Shown here: piece after piece, positions 10,295-24,128 of the stretch | How the letters are laid out: every line of letters begins with the position of its first letter | Position numbering within the stretch: the stretch's first letter is position 1 | DNA from: Trichoplax sp. H2 | Lineage: Eukaryota | Direction: 5' to 3' | Length of the DNA stretch: 64,000 nt | NCBI GenBank assembly: GCA_003344405.1 | Contig: NOWV01000001.1 | Coordinates: forward strand, 992,001-1,056,000 | Translations under genes and position numbers: made by a program | The notes under the pieces: model-generated | Databases searched by the model: none | Told to the model about the DNA's origin: nothing | Seen by the model: the letters and a program-made list of their open reading frames with translations, nothing else

Positions 10295-13200
10295 TTAGAA
10301 TTGATGATAGCTTTCACACCAATCATCCATGCCATCTTGTAAATCTGATAGAGGAATGATAGGTGCATATAGCATAGCTACTCTTAAATATTTTATTGGT
10401 CTGACTAGTTTGACCATGGCTAGGTAATACTCTATATAGGCACACGTGTAAGTCAAGGCTGCATTAGATTTCAATGTTATTAGATACAAAGCAGTAGTAA
10501 AATATCACAAGTAGCTTTAGCATCATTTTGAAATTCACCCAAGTCTTAAGACAAAGTTTAAATTTGTGATCTAGTGTTAAAATAAGCATGTGGTCAATTT
10601 CGTTCCGTTTATGATTCACGTCAATTATACGTAAAGACATTTTAATTCAAAAAAATTGCTAAGAAACTGATTCTATAAATATAAGCAATATATGTATAAA
10701 TAAAACTTTCTGCAATTTAGTGAAATGTATCGCAATATCCATTTGAGCAGATGCATAAAGTAGTTATTTGTCCATATGTCAACATGCAAAGGAGTCAAAT
10801 GTAATAAACATCAAAAGGATTGTCGAATATAACTGACTGTATATACATTATTTACAACATGCAATGTTTTAAATCAACATTACACGAAAACATCCAATTA
10901 TTCTTTTGAATAATATTTAATAGTTCTGTCATAGGATGGCTTAGTTGTAAGGTAGTCCAAGACCCAATAAGAATCAATTTCTTTTTAGAACGAGTTATAG
11001 CAACATTAATTCGATGTTTGTCTAGTAATAATTGACCAATCTATAACAATTGAGAGGAATCAATCGATTTAGTAAAATATATGCACTGCATACTTTATAA
11101 GCTAAATCTATTGCTAAGTCACTGCACATACAGCCATCTATGGCTACTTTGAATATTAGCATACTTGCATTGTTTATATGAAAAGTAAGATTTATTCTCT
11201 TAAAGTTTATCAGATACCGCAATTAGTTCGACTCAGTATCCTCACTGCTTACTTTTTTTTCCATATTTTTCCTGACTAACGATATAATGATACAATCTTT
11301 ATCACGCCCTTGGTATCGATCAATCGTATGGACTTCAACTGAATCGGATGCTTCAATATTATGTTTCATCTTTTCTCGAATAACGTGCAATTGATATTTA
11401 TATGGGGACAAAACTCCAATCTCGGATGGATTTGCACCAGCCTAAGATTTTTAAGCATAGCATAATATTAGTTAATTTCGGAAACTTAATGACTTCTTAA
11501 TAATGCATTATGGTGACTAAGGAATATTGAGCTATAATGGTTGAATAAAAGATTTTGCTCAAAGTGTTGGCAATGTTGAGAAGTCGTAACATGCAAATCA
11601 AATCGGTTATTAGCTATTGTCTTCATTAGTTTTAACAATAACGAATTAATATACAGTCAGCAGGACAAACTCATATCGATATTATTTAAGAATAGTACCT
11701 CAATAAGATATCGAACTATGGAGGCGGTAAGGACTGCTTCAAACTCGTTATATATAGAGCTACCATTGCAGACGTCCCCTTCAGAAGTCTTACATCCAAA
11801 AATGAGGAGATGGATAAGAGAAAAAGTATAAAATATTTAATTTTATTAAACTTAGTGACTATTACTATTTAGAACTAGAATGAATAATTGCAATATTTAC
11901 ATTATCCGTGTTAATAAATACAACAGGCATGCTTGGGTTTACAGCCTGTAATAGCCATAACATCTCTGAATTCTTCTTTAAGATCTAAGATTTTTGAATA
12001 TACGCTTTTCAATTTCAACCTTTAGCTATAATTTTACATTAATAATTACCTTTTCTACGGATGACCAGTTCTTCAGCTCGAGCGTTTCATTTTCAACTGC
12101 CTGAGTTGCACATTGCAATCGATTGTTATATACTAACGAATTGGATAGAGCCATAATATCCCTATAATTAGAAAAAATTACTAGAGTATATATAAGGCAC
12201 TACAGTCACATATAGAAAATTTTTATAGGAATATAACTACCAACCTATGCATACGATATTGTAATCGTAATTCAGCAACGGATTCATTAGTAGCCTGGCA
12301 AAGTCGTTGAAATAGGCTGACGTTCATCCCACCATCCCTAGATTTAAACATAATGGAATATAGCATTCTACTTTTGGGCAAATTTTTACAAAATTTCGTC
12401 TATTCTTCACCTAGCATCCAGACTTTGTACTAATGGGGGCAATTGATGATGATCACCAACTAATACAAAAATATCGGCGAATCTTAAGGGACCGATACAA
12501 ACAGGTTGCGTAACTTGTGAAGCTTCATCAAGGATACAATAATCGAAGCGTCTCTGAGAGAATATTGCGTGATTGATTCCTAAACAAGTCGTAGCAACTA
12601 CGGCCTTGCATTAACAATATGTGACAGTATTGTTTGTTATATATTCGGATATTGTGAAATTAACAGCCTACAGTACATACTCAGCAAAATATTGAAACAT
12701 TGATTTTTAAATTCAATTATACCATATGGGATAGTTTAACCGGCTTACCTTCGAAGAGTAGAAATCGCCAAGTTCCTTTGTATTCCTACATTGTTGAGAA
12801 CAATTTTGGGCACAGAAAGGCAGGACATTTGGATGTATACTTTGAGGACGGCCAAGGCGAACAAAGTCGACACCAAACTACAACATTAAAAAATAGCTGT
12901 CAATGATATCGGAACAGTCCTTACTAAATTGTTTTGCAAAGGTAAACTTAATTGCAAATAGTTTGCGTGCATTACATACTTTAGCGAGCTTTAGTAAGAC
13001 ATTGTCGACGGCGGTATGAGTGTAGGCAGTTAGCAAGACAGATTTTCCCATAGTACTTAAAATCCAAATGAGATGAGCAATTGTTGTCGTTTTACCTACG
13101 TTGGTGATGGTGAAATTCATATTTCAGCGATACATCAACGTTCACTACAATCATAAATTATGCTCTAATAAATCAGTTACTGATACCGGTTCCTGGCATC

Positions 13201-16200
13201 CCAAGAATAAGTGAGTAGTCGCGAGCTCGTAGACTCTACGCATAGAAAATAGTTATTCGTTAATTTAATTTAGCTAGTAATAAATCTATTGATTTAGTAA
13301 TGAAATGTTATTTGAAACAAATTCTAATCCGATAATTAAAACTTGCCTTATAAATGGCACACTTTTGGTCATTGTTTAGATTACACATTTGTTCTTTCAA
13401 TGTATCATCGTCTAAAATTAAATTATATTCGTAGGTCAATAGCTACTACATTCTATGCTAAATGATATAATTTAGCGATATGGAGATATGGGACAGAATA
13501 AACCTTCTAAAGCTTCTAAATTATCGAATGTCGGTGGATCCAAGTTGACAATCAGGCGACGTAGTTTCGAATCGCTTGTTTTATTAATAATAAACAAACA
13601 TAATTATCTTTAGTACATATGTCGATTTTTGTTACCTTTATAAACATTAAATTTTTTTTACCTTTCACTAACTGAGCAGAATTCAGATAAATTAGCCCAA
13701 AGCTGCGACGTAGTATTCCAATCAGCACCTGTATCAATCCTATACAAAATCTTCTGGGACCGCATTTTTAACGTATAGCATATACTCACATTAGTGATAA
13801 CATCCTAATCCTCTGTTTCGACAATTATGCAATATTTATAAATTTGATTTATACGTTTATAGGTCATCACCTTTTGAAATTGTTGCTGATTTCCAACGTT
13901 TTTTTCGTACAATACAAAGTCCCTAATTTTAATAAGTTTCTCGTTACGATAAATCGAGATACTAGACACATATGATTGATAGATAATATACGCATGATAG
14001 AACTTATATTACCTGTCTGTAATAACACTAATAGAAGAGCTACCGATTTCAGTAACGGTTCCAGTAGCAATGTTAACAGCACTGCCATCGTCTCTACTTA
14101 TAATGACTCGTTCACTAACAGTAATGGCTAATTTTGAATTGTCGATAGGGCTGTTAAGAATATACAAGCATGCTATTACTATAGAACAACTTACTGATTA
14201 GATTTATAATCATAAAGTGTCCTGAATTAAGAACAAGAGCATACCATTCTGATCTTTCAAAACTGATGCTCCATAAATGTCCATATTCGTTATTACTTAG
14301 ATTGCTACAATTCATTAGTTTCAGATTCGCGATGCAGAAACCCTCTTTTTCCCTAATCATCGATTACAAGGGTAGTATTAGAAGGTTAGATCGTTAACAG
14401 ATAGCTAAATATCCTCTATCTATAATCAAGTTTTGTTCTCGCACTGAACCTTTGTGTACTACGAGTAGTCCATACATCCGCTTGACAAGATTTATTCAGG
14501 CTATCGGCATATTCTAAAGCTATTAAATTAAACCATTTGGAGAAATATTCTAAATCGAGTTCAGAAAGATGTTGCAGCTGGTTGTCATAAAGCTCTTGTA
14601 ACGACTCTGAACTAAGATTGGTTTTTTCATACGATCTACAATAGATTAGTACAATAGTCAAATTAATACAGCTGAATAAGAACGCAGTAAATGGTCTGCA
14701 TATTTAAGAGCGATTATACCTGTGATACAGAGTACATTCTTTCAATCGCGAGCATCTTTTACAGGCATGGTAATCATTGATAACTTCTGGCAAACTCGGC
14801 TTCTTATTTGAATCCAATAGATGAGTGTAGTAGTTTGCCAACTGATTTCTCATCATTATCAGTGCTGTACACATGGTATATCGAATTAAAACACAATATC
14901 AACCAGTTTACGAAGGATAAAATTTGTTGCTGATTAATACTAGTGGGATAACATATCGCTAAAGAGCAGATAACCTCGCTTTTCTCTAGGTTTTGCTGGT
15001 ACGCCAACTGTATCTCCAGATTTGGAGTAATAAAGAAGACCATAAGGGATGACGCGAGATAGACGATCAGACAGCATAAGCGAATAAATAATTACCTAAT
15101 ATGAGAGTGAAACATGATCCGAAATCTAAACCTTCTGCATAATAATGCTTGCAAGTATTTCTGTTTATAACGATATTAAGTTTTCATTACACAAAGCGTA
15201 AGAAGTCTATAATATTTTGCTGTAGTACGAACCCTTGAAAAAAATTTTAATCTCGCATTGAATATTATACCCAATATGCCTCGCGAACTTGATTTTACTA
15301 GCTAACTGATATTTTACTACAACCGCTGATCTTATATCATTTGAAATTATTAACATGTACGACTATAACATTCTTTTACACTGTGTCTAAATATTTTATT
15401 GCAAATTCCTTTTAAAAATTTCCATGCCAAATATTAATAGTATTACAGGTGATATTTCCCTCAGCATATTCAAGTTTGATCCAAAGCTCTTTAACCTTGC
15501 AAATATGCACGTGCTAGAAGCTAACGGTACATCTTTCCGTAACTACGTTATCCAAGATAACTTATAAAGCTAAGATCTAACAAGAGAGTTTCGAGCTTCA
15601 AATTTTATTGCTTTTTTGCAAGCTAATTCGGTTCTGTACTACAGTATAACTAAGAATGATGAATTACAGTTTGCTTCGTATGCGCGTAGAAGGTAGAACG
15701 CTATTTAATCGTCTACGTTCATGTTAAAAATTAGAAATAGTCTTCTTAAAATTTTAAAACTATTATTCTGATATCAAGTAATTTAATATACTACGTCTTT
15801 TAGCTAAAATCCTAGTAAACTAGACCAGACATTAGGCAATACCAATCATATCTAATTATAAAATATCGTCAACTAGGACTCAATGGAGTAATACATAAAG
15901 TTCTAAATATTTAAATCTTGCCTGTGCTCTATGGCTAAGGGATCCAGCTGAAGACCACATTTTGCCTGTCTTTAACTCGAGTGGTATGGTATGGGATTCC
16001 TAATAAACAGATTCCGAATAAAATGAATTTCAGAATTAGGAAATTATTATATAGCTGCATACAAACTTGTAGGGTGTCTCTAGTTTCAATTCCTTTCTCC
16101 CTTTTGTGAATCTAGATTAAAAATGATTGCTAATTTAACACTTATCCGTTCTTTGATATGATGCCTCAAATAGAGTTAAGATTTTAAACTAGAATATATA

Positions 16201-19200
16201 GCAAATATAGCAAAAAGTCAAACAATACTTACTTTGACCTCTACTGTAGCATCTATCTTGCCTTTCAGACCATATCTAATATTCACAGTAGCAAGCAATG
16301 AAAGAGAAACAGTATATTACTTCAATGTTACTACAGCAGACTATTATATGCATTGTGGAGTTACATTGTTTAGAGACGAATCTCTTTACCTTGGAGACCA
16401 AATATTTTCTTCAATGTCATATAACTGACTTATACAGACGCTCGTATCTTGCTCACTACAACGACAATGGGTACATAGTTTGCCATCAATTATAATTATG
16501 GAATGTAATGAAAATTGATATCCAACCAGATATATTACCAAGATACTGCACTTAGAATAATAATTATGTGGTCAAATGTGCCAATACCTTTGAAAGTCTG
16601 TTCTTCCTAGTTCATGATGAGGAACATCACGAACATATCTTGACGCCCATTGCTCAATACTAGAAATCTGTTCTTGCATTATTTCCGAGACTGACTGTTC
16701 ATTACAACCTAGTCTATACCTAAACATTTTGCATTGAAAAAATTAATCATCTGAATATGCATCATGAAATAGATGAAACAATAAAATGTTATCATAATTA
16801 CATATCACGCAAGTATTTTGGTTGTACAAGGATCTCATCGATATATTTCTGTAATGACGGTCTTGAAAAGGATTTATTTCGCATGGCCTGACACACCAGA
16901 GAGTAAATTGATGCATAAGAGACGTATATAAATTTATAGCTAAGTGATCCAAGATCAAACAGCGTATTGCTGCAATAAGATATCAACATTACAGTACCAT
17001 TTCAAATAAGTCATGCAGCATGGTACCGAATAGCATAACTTCACTCCGCTTGTCTACTCCCTAATAAAACAATGGTTTAGAATATTATATCTTTTACGAC
17101 TATAAGTTCAGCGTATTAGCATAGAGATATTCACATCTTGCGTTATTTAGAGTAACAAAATATGAAAAACAGATCCTCATAATTAATAATACTGTTCAAC
17201 TTGATCTGCTTCTATATGGCCCACCTTAAATAGCTCGTCCAATACCGCCCTAGTATAAAATTCGTATGCCATAATTGTAATTAGTATTCTCATTATACTG
17301 TAGATATAGGAACGTCATCATTTTTGACTTACCTCCTTAAGCATTTCGTAGCAGTAGAAATTGATGTACCAGAAACTAAGCAATCGCTATCTGTTATAAT
17401 TAAATTTTTGTTCTCATTATCCAAAATGCATTTTCCTTCATGGTTAAATTTCCCCATTAAATTGACGCGCTGGTCAGAATAGACTTGAGATGCTTCCCTG
17501 CATTAATAAATCGAATGCAAGAAATAGACTATAGCAAATACAATTCTTATGGGTATGCTACTGCCAGTAAGAACACCCTATTTGATAATTATTTTAATAG
17601 ATTAATTATCAGCCGTTTACCAATCATCCCTTAATATACAGTGGCACATAGAGTTATCCGCCTGATTGGTTACTTCAACGACTTTCTCCGTATTAGATCT
17701 TACAGTAGATTTGTAAGCTAAAATTAGTACATTCATCGAAATTTTAAACAAGCATGTAAACCGTACCGCGATAGCTAAATTTAAGCACTTACAAAAGGTA
17801 TTCACTTGAAGTAAACTTATAATAAATATAATTGATAATTCTTACAAAATTTAAGGTAATGCAGATCATAGATCTTGATCGTGTGAAGAATTATTTACTG
17901 ATTAGGTCTATCACATAATAAAATTACCTAATACTCTAATTGACAAACTATAATCTCAATTCTAATAGACATTGTCATTGACTAAATCAAATCCTGTCCT
18001 GCTCATAATCTAATATACGATAGACGCGATTTACTCTGTCAATAGCCGGTAGCTCTTGTGCAACAAATAAAATTCAATTTATGTACTATAGTAGTTTAGG
18101 AGTAGTAAAGATTTACAGTCCTTAAGTTACCCCCAAATTCCATTTCTTTTAGTTGAGCTATTAGGGCGTACATGGACAGATTTGACCAGTAACGAATAGA
18201 ACTCGAGCTCATGATCAAGGTCATTTTTTTTAGGACTAAGGTAGCCATGGCGAAATGGACTACAAATAACATCAAATATATAATTTATGTTATTAGTGGA
18301 TATGGAGCATACTGCCGCATAATTGTAATATGAGAAATTAGCCAGGTTTGGGTATTCATAATTATTCGTTTTACCTTTGGTTTACTCTGGAAGGACGTAG
18401 ATAACGATCCGTAACCGGAGTTAACTTGATCTTTCGTAATAAAATATCTACAGCATCTTCATCGGCTTTTGCAGTATCTAATGATTGAGATTTTTCGGCA
18501 TCTTTTTCCTTAGTATCATATTTATCGTTCAAACAAGTGATGCTATTACTTTCTGCGATATCTTTAGCATTACTTTCATCTACTTTTACTTTTTTAGTAA
18601 CGCTACCATACATCTCTAACAATGCGCTTTCGTTGTATTGCATATCATCACGGGTATTATCGGTGCAAATGTTAGGTGATTTACTCATGGTGCCGAATCT
18701 CTCCATTAAATTTCTCTTTATTTTTAGCTATTAAAAAGTTATATGATCGAATAAGTAAACATCAGCTTTGGTGCATCTATAAATTTCAATCATAATTGTG
18801 ATAATATATCTTCTTATTAGAGGATTTTACCTTATCAGTGCGAGGCTTAGGGGGCATTACGTTTTCCAAATTATCACATTCTGTCATCACTACTTCATGT
18901 AGAGGGGGGTTCTGTTTTACCTCTACTACTGAATTATCACGCCCATTTTCCACTTGTACTAATGATAACGATACTTCTGGAGGTACTACTTTTGTAAGTG
19001 CACCTATACACGTACATTGTTTGCTAGTGGCATCAGGTAAACCATTTGATAGCTCTTCATTAAGATTTAAATTTTCATGTTCTATAAAAAAGTAATAACC
19101 GAATTTCAAAGTTGGGCATTACAATTAATAAATCATACTAGATTTGGGTAGGAATATGCCTGTAAAGGTTTGCTTCATATGGGTAAATCATTTATGCTTT

Positions 19201-20044
19201 ACAGTAGCTTACCAAGATTCTTTTTCGATTGTTTGACTGTTTCAATTTTATCGATATGATTGGCATTTCCTGAAGATAGATCCTGTTTTGTTTTTGATGA
19301 TCGATCAGGTTCATTTTCTCCCCCTGTTACACTAGTTTTGTATTGTTGCAAAATAGCGTAAATACTGGTACATTAATCCATGCTATCATCTTAAAGTTGA
19401 ATCAAGCAGATTGCAAAAGTAATGGCGCCCAATACAATGATGTGATGATAAAACATCTATTGTATTTGATAGCAGATGCTATTGTTTAATTTAAAAGAAA
19501 GCAATCAGGCCTACACTAGCCTTACCTTGAGATTTTATCAGGAATCTGTACAGGTTGAGATGTCTTTTGAACAGTGCCAAGCTATGAAAATGATAATCAT
19601 GATATTATAATCTATATGTGTGTATGCATGCAGTATATTATTGATTAAATCTACAAATTTTGAGGATAGATAGTTAGATGCAACACAACTATAAATCAAT
19701 AAACATGATGTAAGTATCAGTTAATAACTAAAATTACAAGTATAACATCATAACGTTGAAATGACTTCTAATCAAGCCAAGTTCTTCATCAGAATTAGAT
19801 TTGTAATACTTACAATGATGACACTGTCATCATCGACTTTATCAGCATCCTTAGATTTATTAGCTTCCTTGGAAAAGAATCTGTGGAGGGTTGATTGACC
19901 AGCAATTTGATACTTTACCTGAAGGAATAATAGATATTCTGTTTTTTAAAGGTGTGATCGACCTGTATAGGATTCAGTTTGAATTGAAATGGAATGTACC
20001 GTTGATTTGGAATTGTTCCTCTTCAATTTCATGGATTTAGCCAT
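10295..20044 (-). CDS. DNA2: DNA replication ATP-dependent helicase/nuclease DNA2 (many exons), with a long N-terminal extension
   Basis: Nuclease and Fe-S motifs: [49 protein letters not shown]. Helicase motifs: [87 protein letters not shown]. The ATG is at 20044. The 3' end is either a terminal exon at 10344-10295 (donor GTAATG 10883, acceptor ctctatcag, minus-strand AATAAA at 10255-10260) or a read-through stop at 10852. Confidence 0.95.
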
Positions 20045-20463
20045 TTAATTTATCGACTATCTCTGCCTTTCCCGCTATTATCGAAAAGTCAACAAAAACT
20101 AATTCTGATCTTAAAATTTAGCGCGAGTAATGATCATCACGCTTGCGCTAATCGATTGCCACCTTATTTAAGTTAAGCCCATTCTCTATCGTCAGTGATA
20201 GACTGCCAGTGCTCCATATAATCCTATGGTTGGATTTAGACTCCTACTTGGTCACCGATACACTATTCTGTAATCCGAACCTTTCTCAGGTCTAGTCATA
20301 GCGAACTGTTGCTGAAATTTAATTTATGTATGATAGCAGGCAGACCTTTTAGGCCGGCAGTTGCAGCAGCTCTCATCACTATTGACTTCAAGTTAGCGAA
20401 TTAAAGTCATGATAAATGGCTGATGAAAGGAAAGATTTTATAGCAGATGCATGATATTAATTA
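20045..20463. promoter_or_regulatory. Divergent (bidirectional) promoter between DNA2 and LRRC41, with E2F-type elements
   Basis: The two ATGs are head-to-head about 420 bp apart. TTTCCCGC lies at 20068-20075 and TTTAGCGCG at 20117-20125. Confidence 0.6.
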
Positions 20464-20469
20464 ATGTTG

Positions 20470-23400
20470 ATGGCGGTGCTAAGCTTGACAAAATTATGTT
20501 GCATATCCGTAGCTAAGCATTTCCGGAATTACCCGATAGATGGATTAGAAAGTAAGTGTCGATTACAATATGTAAACAAAGTAAAGGAGCTTTACAAAGT
20601 TCGCAAGATAGCAAAAAGAGTTACTACCATTTACTGTAGATCGATTCCAAGCATTTCTTAGTATCAACTATTAGGCTAATCAAAATTTTAGTACTTTGCC
20701 TTAGCTGAAAAATAGCTTAAAATCTTGCTCCGATACAATCTTCATAACATACGTGTATATCTCTACCATATCCGCTGTAAGCAGTAGTTTTTGTAGTAGC
20801 TTAAGTAAAATATAAAAAGAGTTGCTACCATTTACTGTAGATCGATTCCAAGCATTTCTTAGTATCAACTATTAGGCTAATCAAAATTTTAGTACTTTGT
20901 CTTAGCTGAAAAATAGCTTAAAATCTTGCTCCGATGCAATCTTCATAACATACGTGTATATCTCTACCATATCCGCTGTAAGCAGTAGTTTTTGTAGTAG
21001 CTTAAGTAAAATATGCAGGCGTGCAAATTAAACGGCGACCTCATACATTAATGTAAGTTATCTATCAAATGGTATTGTACTTAGCTTGTATCCATAGAAT
21101 ATCTTGTACAGGATTACATACAGAATACTAAAAATCAGTGAGAGTAGCTTTAAAGGTTATAACATTCGTATATTGAATTGCTGCTAACAAATGACGCTTT
21201 GGTTTTATTTCTTGCTATGTTACGAATTAGGGTTACCAACTGTCATTCTAAGTTGTTTACTAAATTATCTTGCTCCAATCGATATACTTCAAATTAAATC
21301 ATGCCTGGATGAAGCAGGTAAGCAAGGCATGTTGGTATAAAACGTATTGGATTTATGGATACCTTTAGGGTTAAACAGTCTTCTTGTTAACTCTAAGTGC
21401 AAATACGTGTACAATGTACAATGTACATATATGCCTGTGTAGTACTGTATACTACTTGCCAATAGTCTCGTAGTTGTATAGTTTTGCTTGGTTGCAACAA
21501 ATTTGATTATTTTTAACGCTATCTTAATGGTCTCGACAATAATAATTCTGTAGGTATTAATAGCGATCAACATTGGCATAGATTGTATGCAGATCGTTGG
21601 CCTCATGGAGCGAAAAGGCAGTATCAGCAATTAATTTATCTTTCAGCTATCGATCCAACATTTCAAGTATCCTGGCAACAGTTGTATATGCAAAAACATT
21701 TACAAGACATTATTAACATGATGAATTTACCTAATTTAACTGGTAAGGATTGATAAGTAGATTTATTTATCACTGTAACTATATTCAGTATATAATGCAT
21801 GATGTCTGCGATTGTTCGAAAGGAATTGAGATATCATTGATATTAATTTAATAAATCAAGATTCTAATAAGAGAATTGAGAAATACTGATACTATAAAAT
21901 TAAAACACGTAGTTACTTACTCATATTTATACTATGTATGACTAACTATTCTCTAAGCACAAAATTGAATTAAAATTTTCTCCCTTTGTTTTGTGCCTAA
22001 TTGCAATATACTAACTATAGAAACAAATATTAATCCACTACTTTATGGCAATGGTACATCTCCAAATTTTATATTTCAGCTGAATCGTGACCAAACTACG
22101 AATACTCCTACAGCAAAGGAGCAGATAATGGAAATTATCTCCCTTTGTTTACCTTATATCTATCGACTTCACTTACATAACTGCTCATGTCGAGAACTTG
22201 CAAAGGCAATTTTTAGCAATAGAGATATTCCTTATGCACTATTGAATAGCATTCGACATTTGGAATTTCATAATTTAAGGGACAATTGCATTGATTTTGC
22301 ATGCGAAATTATATCCAATAGTACACAATTGAATGAAGTCGTGATGCGTTATGCTAAGATCAATACCCCAAAGGCATTCGGTCAGATATTACGTTCCATA
22401 TCCAATAACAAATTTGATAGAAGATTGACTATAGATAAGTCTTGTCCAGACTACATTCTTGAAATTGACAAAGTTGTACCTGCAAGTCAGGGTACGATAA
22501 CAAGATGTGATAAAATACTACAAGATCGTCACATTCGTCAGAATATGTGCGGTATAGAAATTTTGTGTCTCTCGTCATATTGGATGGACGATGCTTTAGT
22601 TGAAGTCTTATGTGAGACCTTGACTACTTGGTATGACTTAAAATATCTTCAACTTATTGATAACGGATTTGGTATCCTTTGTATTGATGGATTAAAGCGA
22701 ATCATGAAAAGTTTATTAAAATCAAGGACAAAAAAACAGCTTTATGGTTTGCAAGTGGAACAAAATTTTTTTGAAGAGGATGACGAAAATTATTTGGCTG
22801 AACTTATCAATACTAATAGGTAGTAAATAATTCATTTTATTTACCTGCTATGCTCAGTACTGTATATGACAGTCCTACAATATCAACTTTATTCGATAAT
22901 TAAACTCCATTCTCTTTCTATGGTCTAGCCCAAACGCCTCTTTTAGAATACTTACTCTTAAAGAAGTGAATCTCACAATGCAGCAAATATCAGTGCTATT
23001 TCAATCGATCGATAAAAGTAATATTAGGAAGTTAGAGAAACTATCGATGACAGCAAATATCGACGACAATATTGCTGCTAAATCACTTGGCAGCGTATTA
23101 ATTCATTGTGATAACATGGAACTTTGTCACTTACCATATTGTGAACTAACAAGAACAAATTCGGAAATTATTTTAAAATCTCTGCGGGATCGTAAGTTAC
23201 TAAGTAGGCATAAAATAAATTGTGTAATGATTCTAACAAAGACCACGGAGTTGTTGATTGTTTGATGGATATACTGTAATAAAATTCATTTCTACAGCGA
23301 TAATTTTCATGCACTGCATAGGTCGGAAAAACGGAAGTTTAACGTCTCTTAATATGGAAGGTAACCTGCTTAATAGTACTGTGGATATTGAGCTCATTAA

Positions 23401-24128
23401 TTCGATCGTTCGAACAAATAATCTCCGATATCTCAATTTATCTTCCTGTATCCAAACAGGTATAATTTATTAGAATGTATCAAACTTACGTTATCAGTAA
23501 TAAACAAGGATCCAATAATTTTTGCTCAAATTCTAAAAATTTATAATGTCAGATGCCATTATTTATTGCAGAGATTACAGATAATTTTATCAGATGTATT
23601 CGTGATTGTAAATCCCTGATATACCTTAATTTATCCCATAACAAGATAGGTTCGTAAGTGAGAATTTATTGTGTTATACAATACTAACATCAAAAGTAAC
23701 TTCTATGCTGCCTAATATTTTTAGGCGATGATGGAATTAATAAGATAGGTTCAATTTTTCATAAACCTACTGTGGGTATGAGTTTGCGATCAATAGATTT
23801 AAGGTGCAGAAAACCTTCTATTGCAATTAACTTAATTATACGATTTTGCGTATCTGATTTAAATGGGTAATGAATTAATCTATTACTAACGAATGATGAA
23901 TTACATCATTACAGTGTCAATAACATAACAATAACTGGCCTATTAGCTCTAGCATCTCGGTTAGAGTCTTTGCTGCCATGGCATCTAAAGTGGATTAATA
24001 TTAGTGGTAACTATTTCAATGGTCAGGTTGAAGACGTCACAAGTACATTTAATTTATTAACGTCCGTATTAGTCGCAGACGATATCAATCGCGTTAACAT
24101 ATTTGCTGACTATGTGGGTATGATGTAA
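20470..24128 (+). CDS. LRRC41: Leucine-rich repeat protein 41 (MUF1), a BC-box-containing LRR adaptor
   Basis: Exon 1 (20470-20551) encodes the BC-box VLSLTKLCCISVAKHF. Exon 2 (21231-21317) gives LPTVILSCLLNYL and exon 3 INSDQHWHRLYADRW. RNI-like LRRs follow at 22079-24128. The C-terminus IFADYVGMM* resembles vertebrate LRRC41 'FADYVSTM*' as I recall it. Confidence 0.82.
20613..21014. repeat. Near-perfect two-copy tandem duplication (201-bp unit) in LRRC41 intron 1
   Basis: 'aaaaagagtt(a/g)ctaccatttactgtagatcgattccaagc...cttaagtaaaatat' occurs at 20613 and 20814 with only a few substitutions. Confidence 0.95.

Noticed and set aside
10105-10540. RPS21-like fragments (VDLYTP, GEFQNDA) on the minus strand
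   Set aside because: The matches are short, out of order and cannot be spliced into an S21 protein. The region fits better as the DNA2 3' end.
22672-22680. GTATCCTTT as a U12-type donor site (similar hit at about 12530 on the minus strand)
   Set aside because: Both lie inside continuous coding frames (GIL in LRRC41, CILDEAS in DNA2) with no matching U12 branch point.
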